DNA of 64,000 nucleotides, from positions 434,001-498,000 of the forward strand of contig BROI01000018.1 in NCBI GenBank assembly GCA_027923505.1. Direction: 5' to 3'. Source of the DNA: Mayamaea pseudoterrestris. Its lineage: Eukaryota. The notes under the pieces were generated by a model, which worked only from the letters and a program-made list of their open reading frames with translations, was not told the DNA's origin and ran no database searches. Each line of letters starts with the position of its first letter. The first letter of the stretch is position 1. The position numbers were made by a program, and so were the translations under genes. Below, one piece after another: positions 36,270 to 45,992 of this stretch.

Positions 36270-39200
36270 GCGTTTGAATGGATGGCACCTGTGGGCTGAG
36301 ACTGGTGACAAGTTGTCACCAAATACATTGCCATCCCCTGAGACACCAGCCAAGCCTACCATCTTGTAGCGCAGCCTGAATAATGATGTTGGCACCATTC
36401 TGATGTAATTTGGGCACCTACAGGGCTTGCTGTAGGGGCGTTTGAATGTCATGGCATCTGCGGGCTGAGACTGGTGACAAGTTGTCACCAAATACATTGC
36501 CATCCCCTGAGACACCAGCCAAGCCTACCATCTTGTAGCGCAGCCTGAATAATGATGTTGGCACCATTCTGGTGTAATTTGGGCAACTACAGGGCTTGCT
36601 GTAGGGGCGTTGGAATGTCATGGCATCTGCGGGCTGAGACTGGTGACAAGTTGTCACCAAATACATTGCCATCCCCTGAGACACCAGCCAGGCCTACCAT
36701 CTTGTCGCGCAGCCTGAATAATGATGTTGGCACCATTCTAGTGTAATTTGGGCACCTACAGGGCTTGCTGTAGGGGCGTTTGAATGGCATGGCACCTATA
36801 GGCTGAGACTGGTGACAAGTTGTCACCAAATACATTGCCATACCCTGAGAAACCAGTCAAGCCTACCATCTTGTAGTGCAGCCTGAATAATGATGTTGGC
36901 ACCATTCTGGTGTAATTTGGGCACCTACAGGGCTTGCTGTAGGGGCGTTTGAATTGCACCTGTGGGCTGAGACTGGTAACAAGTTGTCACCAAATACATT
37001 GCCATCCCCTGAGATGCCAGCCAAGCTTACCATCCTGTACCGCAGCCAAAACAATGATGTTGGCACCATTCTGGTGTAATTTGGGCACCTACAGGGCTTG
37101 CTGTAGGGGCGTTTGAATGGCATGGCACCTGTGGGCTGAGACTGGTGACAAGTTGTCACCAAATACATTGCCATCCCCTGAGACACCAGCCAAGCCTACC
37201 ATCTTGTAGCGCAGCCACAAAAATGATGTTGGCACCATTCTGGTGTAATCTGGGCACCTACAGGGCTTGCTGTAGGGGCGTTTGAATGTCATGGCATCTG
37301 CGGGCTGAGACTGGTGACAAGTTGTCACCAAATACATTGCCATCCCCTGAGACGCCAGCCAAGCCTACCATCTTGTAGCGCAGCCTGAATAATGATGTTG
37401 GCACCATTCTGGTGTCATTTGGGCACCTACAGGGCTTGCTGTAGGGGCGTTTGAATGTCATGGCATCTGCGGGCTGAGACTGGTGACAAGTTGTCACCAA
37501 ATACATTGCCATCCCCTGAGACGCCAGCCAAGCCTACCATCTTGTAGCGCAGCCTGAATAATGATGTTGGCACCATTCTGGTGTAATTTGGGCACCTACA
37601 GGGCTTGCTGTAGGGGCGTTTGAATGTCATGGCATCTGCGGGCTGAGACTGGTGACAAGTTGTCACCAAATACATTGCCATACCCTGAGACACCAGCCAA
37701 GCCTACCATCTTGTAGCGCAGCCTGAATAATGATGTTGGCACCATTCTGATGTAATTTGGGCACCTACAGGGCTTGCTGTAGGGGCGTTTGAATGTCATG
37801 GCATCTGCGGGCTGAGACTGGTGACAAGTTGTCACCAAATACATTGCCATCCCCTGAGACACCAGCCAAGCTTACCATCTTGTAGTGCAGCGTGAAAATG
37901 ATGTTGGCACCATTCTGATGTAATTTGGGCACCTACAGGGCTTGCTGTAGGGGCGTTTGAATGGCATGGCACCTGTGGGCTGAGACTGGTGACAAGTTGT
38001 CACCAAATACATTGCCATCCCCTGAGACACCAGCCAAGCCTACCATCTTGTAGCGCAGCCTGAATAATGATGTTGGCACCATTCTGGTGTAATTTGGGCA
38101 CCTACAGGGCTTGCTGTAGGGGCGTTTGAATGTCATGGCATCTGCGGGCTGAGACTGGTGACAAGTTGTCACCAAATACATTGCCATCCCCTGAGATGCC
38201 AGCCAAGCTCACCATCCTGTAGCTCAGCCAAAAAAATGATGTTGGCACCATTCTGGTGTCATTTGGGCACCTACAGGGCTTGCTGTAGGGGCGTTTGAAT
38301 GTCATGGCATCTGCGGGCTGAGACTGGTGACAAGTTGTCACCAAATACATTGCCATCCCCTGAGACACCAGCCAAGCCTACCATCTTGTAGCGCAGCCTG
38401 AATAATGATGTTGGCACCATTCTGGTGTAATTTGGGCACCTACAGGGCTTGCTGTAGGGGCGTTTGAATGTCATGGCATCTGCGGGCTGAGACTGGTGAC
38501 AAGTTGTCACCAAATACATTGCCATCCCCTGAGACACCAGCCAAGCTTACCATCTTGTAGCGCAGTAAAAACAATGATGTTGGCACCATTCTGGTGTCAT
38601 TTGAGCAACTACAGGGCTTGCTGTAGGGGCATTTGAATGTCATGGCATCTGCGGGCTGAGACTGGTGACAAGTTGTCACCAAATACATTGTCATCCCCTG
38701 AGATGCCAGCCAAGCTTACCATCCTGTAGCGCAGCCTGAATAATGAGGTTTGCACCATTCTGATGTCATTTGGGCAACTACAGGGCTTGCTGTAGGGGCG
38801 TTTGAATGTCATGGCACCTGTGGGCTGAGACTGGTGACAAGTTGTCACCAAATACATTGCCATCCCCTGAGACGCCAGCCAAGCTTACCATCCTGTAGCG
38901 CAGCCAAAACAATGATGTTGGCACCATTCTGGTGTAATTTGGGCACCTACAGGGCTTGCTGTAGGGGCGTTTGAATGTCATGGCATCTGTGGGCTGAGAC
39001 TGGTGACAAGTTGTCACCAAATACATTGCCATCCCCTGAGACGCCAGCCAAGCCTACCATCCTGTAGCGCAGCCTGGATAATGATGTTGGCACCATTCTG
39101 GTGTAATTTGGGCACCTACAGGGCTTGCTGTAGGGGCGTTTGAATGGCATGGCACCTGTGGGCTGAGACTGGTGACAAGTTGTCACCAAATACATTGCCA

Positions 39201-41446
39201 TCCCCTGAGACACCAGCCAAGCTTACCATCTTGTAGCGCAGCCTGAATAATGATGTTGGCACCATTCTGGTGTCATTTGGGCACCTACAGGGCTTGCTGT
39301 AGGGGCGTTTGAATGTCATGGCATCTGCGGGCTGAGACTGGTGACAAGTTGTCACCAAATACATTGCCATCCCCTGAGACACCAGCCAAGCTTACCATCC
39401 TGTAGCACAGCCCAAATAATGTTGTTGGCACCATTCTGGTGTAAATTGGGCAACTACAGGGCTTGCTGTAAGGGCATTTGAATGTCATGGCATCTGCGGG
39501 CTGAGACTGGTGACAAGTTGTCACCAAATACATTGTCATCCCCTGAGATGCCAGCCAAGCTTACCATCCTGTAGCGCAGCCTGAATAATGAGGTTTGCAC
39601 CATTCTTGTGTGATTTGGGCACCTACAGGGCTTGCTGTAGGGGCGTTTGAATGGCATGGCACCAGTGGAAAGACTGGTGACAAGTTGTCACCAAATACAT
39701 TGCCATCCCCTGAGACACCAGCCAAGCTTACCATCTTGTAGCGCAGCCTGAATAATGATGTTGGCACCATTCTGGTGTCATTTGGGCACCTACAGGGCTT
39801 GCTGTAGGGGCGTTTGAATGTCATGGCATCTGCGGGCTGAGACTGGTGACAAGTTGTCACCAAATACATTGCCATCCCCTGAGACGCCAGCCAAGCCTAC
39901 CATCCTGTAGCGCAGCCTGAATAATGATGTTGGCACCATTCTGGTGTCATTTGGGCACCTACAGGGCTTGCTGTAGGGGCGTTTGAATGTCATGGCATCT
40001 GCGTGCTGAGACTGGTGACAAGTTGTCACCAAATACATTGCCATCCCCTGAGACACCAGCCAAGCCTACCATCTTGTAGCGCAGCCTGAATAATGATGTT
40101 GGCACCATTCTGGTGTATTTTGGGCACCTACAGGGCTTGCTGTAGGGGCGTTTGAATGTCATGGCATCTGCGGGCTGAGACTGGTGACAAGTTGTCATTA
40201 AATACATTGCCATACCCTGAGACACCAGCCAAGCTTACCATCCTGTAGCACAGCCCAAATAATGTTGTTGGCACCATTCTGGTGTAAATTGGGCAACTAC
40301 AGGGCTTGCTGTAAGGGCATTTGAATGTCATGGCATCTGCGGGCTGAGACTGGTGACAAGTTGTCACCAAATACATTGTCATCCCCTGAGATGCCAGCCA
40401 AGCTTACCATCCTGTAGCGCAGCCTGAATAATGAGGTTTGCACCATTCTTGTGTGATTTGGGCACCTACAGGGCTTGCTGTAGGGGCGTTTGAATGGCAT
40501 GGCACCTGTGGGCTGAGACTGGTGACAAGTTGTCACCAAATACATTGCCATCCCCTGAGACACCAGCCAAGCCTACCATCTTGTAGCGCAGCCTGAATAA
40601 TGATGTTGGCACCATTCTGGTGTCATTTGGGCAACTACAGGGCTTGCTGTAGGGGCGTTTGAATGTCATGGCATCTGCGGGCTGAGACTGGTGACAAGTT
40701 GTCATTAAATACATTGCCATACCCTGAGACGCCAGCCAAGCCTACCATCCTGTAGCGCAGCCTGAATAATGATGTTGGCACCATTCTGGTGTCATTTGGG
40801 CAACTACAGGGCTTGCTGTAGGGGCATTTGAATGTCATGGCATCTGCGTGCTGAGACTGGTGACAAGTTGTCACCAAATACATTGCCATCCCCTGAGACA
40901 CCATCCAAGCCTACCATCTTGTAGCGCAGCCTGAATAATGATGTTGGCACCATTCTGATGTATTTTGGGCACCTACAGGGCTTGCTGTAGGGGCGTTTGA
41001 ATGTCACAGCATCTGCAGGCTGAGACTGGTGACAAGTTGTCAACAAATACATTGCCATCCCCTGAGACTCCAGCCAAGCATACCATCTTGTAGCGCCACC
41101 TAAAATATGGAGTTGGCACCATTCTGGTGTAATTTGGGCACCTACAGGGCCTGCTGTAGGGGCATTTGAATGTCATGGCATCTGCAGGCTGAGACTGGTG
41201 AGAACTTCTCACCAGTCACATTGCAGTTATCGATGACACCAGCCAGGCAAACCATCTTGTAGCGCAGCCTGAAGAATGATGTTGGCACCATTCTTGTGTG
41301 ATTTGGGCACCTACAGGGCTTGCTGTAGGGGCAATATTGAATGTCACCGCATCTGTGGGCTGTGACTGGTGAGTAGTTCTTACCAGTCACATCGCAGTCT
41401 TTTACCATGTAGTTGGTAAGCTAGCATTGTTCATCATGCTGCCTCA

Positions 41447-42113
41447 CTTATACCTTGTCTAAAGGTGGCAATGGTTAAAAGACAATCATGGCGTAGTTTG
41501 ATTTGTTTTAATTCTTAAACAGATTATTTTCTATTTGGCACATTTACTCCCACAACTTTTCAATCAATTGAGCTTGCCAAGTTTGTTTGGGTCAGTTGGC
41601 CTTATTAATATCTTGTCCCATGGTGGCAATGTCTGTAATTGATAGGGATGTCCAGAGGACCTGTTGGTGTGGCGTGGCGCCATGATGCTTAGCTATGTGG
41701 AAGCTAGCAGGTTTATTCCTACAATTTGAAGAATGTGCAAGACCGCCAAGTTTCTTGAGGTTTATTCCGCTTGCTTAAAATGATGGGAATGGCCAAAGTT
41801 CTGCGCGTGCTGCCACTGCTGCTGCATAACATACAGTTGCATGGAATACAGCATAATAATATATACTCCTGTTTCACCGGAAAATCATGAGCTGGCCAAA
41901 ATTGTTTGTGTCATAGTATGTTTATACCTTGCCAAATAGTGGATATGTCTAAAAGACAATTAGAGCCAGAGTCTGATTGGTTTGAATCTTCAACAGAGCT
42001 TTCCTCTATTTAGCACATCTACTCCCACAACTTTTTAAAAACTTGAGCTTGCCAGGTTTGTTTGGTTAGTTGGCCTCATTGATATCTTGGCCTATGGTGA
42101 CAATGTTTATAAC
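41447..42113. repeat. Two diverged ~190-bp direct repeats (~41447-41640 and ~41921-42113) in an AT-rich, CpG-poor flank
   Basis: Shared blocks TTATACCTTG, TAAAAGACAAT, TACTCCCACAACTTTT, TTGAGCTTGCCA.GTTTGTTTGG, ATATCTTG. Confidence 0.75.
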
Positions 42114-42277
42114 TTATGGCACCACTGTGAATAAACATATGTTGGACTGTAAATTTTGATTCATAGCTTACAATACGTTAACATAAGCTATCGATAGGTT
42201 TGTTGCTTTGATCCATTAGCGACAGACTGCCACAGAACGTAGCGTACATCATCACATGTCATATCGCTGCGCCTTTT

Positions 42278-43163
42278 TTACTTCTTTCGTTGGTACGGTC
42301 CCGCCTCGCGCACATTGGCCATGACCTTGGCTGCGTTTTGCGCAATCTGGTCCCAGTTTCCTTCCGCCACGGCGGTTGGGTCAAACAATGGAGCCACCAA
42401 GCCAACCGAAGCGGCACCCATTTTCAAAAAGTCACCTGCATTGTCCAAGTCAACGCCCGAAGTTGGGTTAATGGCCAAAAAGGGAAGGGCCGAGCTGACT
42501 GCCTTGACCCACATTGGACCTCCAGCGACTCCAGGAAAGAGCTTTTGCAAGGGTGCTCCACATCTGTATGCATTGACAAGTTCTGCAGTGTAATGGAGTG
42601 AACAAGAGGCGAGGTTGAGTTGTAAGTATAAACGAGCTGTCAGGGCCTAGTTGGCGAACATGAGAGCTTCAACACCGCCGTTTCAATGAGCAGCATTCAT
42701 CGTACGTACCAGTGGGAGTCTGACATCCAGGAACGCAAACAATGTTGCGCTCCTTGCACCATTCAATGACATCGGGAAGCATGACGGGTGTGATAATAAA
42801 TTCAGCACCCGCATCAATTGCATCTTCCGCATCCTTGGTCGTCAAAATGGTTCCACATCCTACCATGACATCGCCATCATACTTTTGACGAAAGTCAGTC
42901 AAGTGATTGAGGCAATTAGGAGTCGTAAGTGTAAACTCCACAATCTTGAATCCTCCGTCAATCGCCGCTTGCATGGCCTTTGGACATGCCTCGCTCGTTG
43001 CAGTCCGAAGCACGGCACAGGCGCGAATCTGAGCAAACTTGTCCAGCACCTTTTCAAACGTTTCCGTCGACTGCAAGCGATCCAAGCTGCCGGATGCGGC
43101 AGCGGCAGATGCGAACCGGCGGCTCGTGGAGCGAAGCATGGAGGAGGAGAGTTGGAGCGCCAT
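42278..43163 (-). CDS. eda: KDPG/KHG aldolase with mitochondrial-type presequence; intron 42583-42709
   Basis: AVLR, VEFTLTTP, VGCGTIL, GAEFIITP, PGCQTPT|E, QKLFPG, PTSGV; GTACGT..CTGCAG splice restores the frame. Confidence 0.9.
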
Positions 43164-43591
43164 GGTTTTTATTGCAAAGGAACTGTTTTTTCTTCCTCTC
43201 GTGCTTCTTGTTCGAGGATGTTTGTGGCCTTGAAACCGATGGAGCGCGACGGCGCGGGTTGAAGTTCGCGACCGAAGTTGAATGACGTGAGTACACTTTG
43301 ATGCACACTGGCGGATATGTCAAGTAACGATGCGACGTTTTTCGATTGGTCAATCGACGAAACGAATTGTCGAGAGCAAGCCTGCTTGACATCATACATC
43401 ATACAACATCCCTTTTAGAGCAGCGACAAAGCTTGTTGCTGTAAAGGTGTTTAGAAACAAGCGATTCTTGCCATGGTTTTTTAGGCGGCACTGCAGCAAG
43501 TCGTGGTGCGACGCAGTCTTGAACCCGAAGCTTCCGCTTCGAACGCGCGTGCAGCGTGCAGCAAAATCGTCAAGCAAAAGCTGTCCTCACC

Positions 43592-44231
43592 ATGATGCTT
43601 TACAGCCGCCATGTCCTCCGAGCAACAAATCGTTATTATCTGACGACTCGTTTACTCTCGACTAGTCGTCCATTTACGATTCTCGGAGTGCAGCAAATTG
43701 CCATTGGTTGTGAATCTCGAGGACCACTCCGAGCACTTTGGCAAGACATCTTTAACCTCCAACCAGTTGATTCCGTCACTCTACCGTCGGAAAATGTTCA
43801 AGAAGATATTCTGCAGCTAGGTCCAAAGCCGTTTCATGTGGAGATTGACTTAATGACTCCCATTGACGCAGCAAAGAGTCCAAAGGTATGCATGGATATG
43901 GATACGAGTGAATGGAAATGTTGACGCGAACGAACAAGAACAAACCAATGCTTACGACTCTTAATCATTCACGTTGCCACCTTTTAAATAGGTCCACATT
44001 CCTCCACTGAATCATATTGGCTTGTGGGTTGACGATTTGCCGTCAGCTGTATCGTGGATGGAAGCGCAAGGCGTCCGCTTCACGCCAGGAGGCATTCGAA
44101 AGGGAGCAGCTGGCCATAATGTAACCTTTATCCACCCCAAAGGCAATGAGCAAGCTCCAATATGTGGAAACGGAGTCTTGATTGAGTTGGTGCAAGCGCC
44201 AAAGGAAGTCATTGATGCGTTTACAAAGTGA
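43592..44231 (+). CDS. VOC/glyoxalase-fold protein, methylmalonyl-CoA epimerase-like; intron 43886-43991
   Basis: [67 protein letters not shown]; Arg/Ser-rich presequence. Confidence 0.8.
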
Positions 44232-44325
44232 GGCTGTAAAAGGCAATCAACTCGCACCAACAATCAATAATTGAGCAACGACATACCATGGATATAAAAA
44301 ATGCATACAGAAGTATTATTATTCT

Positions 44326-45351
44326 CTATGTTTGTAGTATCTCGCGCTGAGATGTCAGCACTTGATACAAATCGTTGTCCAATGAGTGTGCTGCTAATGC
44401 TTGCGTCAATGCTTTTTCGGCGACGAAGTGCATGGATCGCGGCACCAACGCCAGCATCTCGGAGCAGAATGAATTTGCCAGAGCCATATCGATTGCTGCT
44501 AAAGGCATATATGATGATAGTTTTTTGGCTTCCGTCAAGTCGATTAAAAGTATGTCGCCCGACTGCGAAACAAGTAACTGCACGTCAGTGGTAACCACTC
44601 GTGCTGCCATCATCTCTACTAGTGTCTCCATCAATTGGTTCATTGCTCTGGATCGTGCAGCCAAGTCGCGTATATCGTCTATACTATTCGCGTCATCAAC
44701 AACGACAGGTTCCAAAACCATCATGACTCGTCGCGAGTCACTGGGATACGGCGCCGTGGCCAAGCATCGTTCCACTCCATGGACCGATTGTTGCTCCAGT
44801 TTCTGCAGAATCTTGCACTCCTTGGATATGCTTGCAGCACTTGCAGTCCAGCTAATCTTGACGGCGACTAGCGGTGGCTGTAATGTCGCTTCCTCCTTGT
44901 CATTTTGCATGGAAAAGACGGCTCCGCCACTGCCAGCACCCAACAAAACCGGATGAGTCAGTCGCATTCCACCGTTAACGTCAAGAGGCGTCACAAGCTC
45001 CACAATCTTGTCGTTGCCAAAGTTCCATTGGTAGCTTTCCTGGCCATATGCCGCCGAAGATGATGAAACTGCCATGATGAATAACAAGGCAACCAGACGT
45101 CGGCCAAGCATTCTACGAACATTTTGAGCCACCTCAGCTGGCTGCATGACGATTGAAGCATGTTGAAGGTGGCTCGGGACGTGAGTCTCATGAGAGTTGC
45201 TTGTTATTTCCGGTGATTCCGTTGGACAATGATAAGATACTCGTCTACATAACGAGTCAGATGACGTTGCATACAGCGGCAAGAACGCACATACTCGAGC
45301 ATTCGACAATGACAGAACCAAGATTGTCAGCTTGCTGAGACAATGCGCCAT
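44326..45351 (-). CDS. Atypical protein kinase-like protein with plastid (possibly thylakoid) targeting
   Basis: Signal peptide ending VCA-FLP; RR plus hydrophobic stretch; LGAGSGGAVF, VAVK, degenerate TTDVQ catalytic loop, IDLTE. Confidence 0.65.
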   Translation of the reverse strand: MAHCLSKLTILVLSLSNARVCAFLPLYATSSDSLCRRVSYHCPTESPEITSNSHETHVPSHLQHASIVMQPAEVAQNVRRMLGRRLVALLFIMAVSSSSAAYGQESYQWNFGNDKIVELVTPLDVNGGMRLTHPVLLGAGSGGAVFSMQNDKEEATLQPPLVAVKISWTASAASISKECKILQKLEQQSVHGVERCLATAPYPSDSRRVMMVLEPVVVDDANSIDDIRDLAARSRAMNQLMETLVEMMAARVVTTDVQLLVSQSGDILLIDLTEAKKLSSYMPLAAIDMALANSFCSEMLALVPRSMHFVAEKALTQALAAHSLDNDLYQVLTSQREILQT

Positions 45352-45992
45352 TAGTTTCTTGGGTGAGCCACGCTGAGTGTGAATTGCTGTTGCTTTTTCT
45401 TTCTTCGGCTGCTCGCTTGGAGACGAGTGGTCGACTCGACGCAGACACGCGCGATGATTGAATCTACAACGGTAGTTGATCATGACCTGAGTAGAATCTG
45501 TCACTGAAATAGTTCCTTCTACATTCTCATACTCTTCATCAGATGATATATTGATGGCATTCAGGGCGAGGGTCGAGATGAGGCGACAGCTTCCGTGTTG
45601 TGTGGCATTGATGCAATCATCGATCACAGCAATCATTTCGCACGAATGAAAAGAATGCAAGGAATGGAATTATCTTACTGTTAGCTATGCGACCGACGCT
45701 CGCACCAATGTTGTGTTTGTTATCCTCGTCGACCCGATGTCATGTTTACCAAACACCGCTTGCATAACAGGTTTGAACAATCGCATGACCCCTCGTTAAA
45801 AAATTGAGCGGTTGTGATTCGCTGGGAACGATCTTAATTGAAGTGCTTTCCGTCAGCAGGAAGTGTGCTTCAGAGTCGGCATCCAGCACTAAAAGTCTGT
45901 ACAATCCTATATCAAAGAGGTTTTTTATTCTTAGTATGCTTACGTATTTAGAAACTACGCTTACTGAGACGGCAATGCGCAGTTGTCATGTT

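Larger units (their letters stand above)
20018..41400. repeat. Head-to-tail tandem satellite, 169-bp monomer, roughly 105-110 clean copies plus ~10 garbled ones
   Basis: Consensus GAGACACCAGCCAAGCCTACCATCTTGTAGCGCAGCCTGAATAATGATGTTGGCACCATTCTGGTGTAATTTGGGCACCTACAGGGCTTGCTGTAGGGGCGTTTGAATGTCATGGCATCTGCGGGCTGAGACTGGTGACAAGTTGTCACCAAATACATTGCCATCCCCT; period 169 (e.g. 20541 to 20710). Copy number estimated from length. Confidence 0.98.

Noticed and set aside
20018..41400. CRISPR array (palindromic repeats at regular spacing)
   Set aside because: Sequence between palindromes is repeated rather than unique spacers; no cas genes; eukaryotic context
20018..41400. 5S rRNA, snRNA or spliced-leader gene array
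   Set aside because: No recognisable 5S or snRNA sequence, Sm site or poly-T terminator in the monomer
19956..41408. Over 100 near-identical ~88-aa ORFs (MSQGMAMYLVTT..)
   Set aside because: By-product of a 169-bp period not divisible by 3; overlapping frames; not treated as current genes
19690..42190. Whole satellite domain as an intact DNA transposon
   Set aside because: No TIRs, TSD or transposase motifs found at the CpG-depletion boundaries
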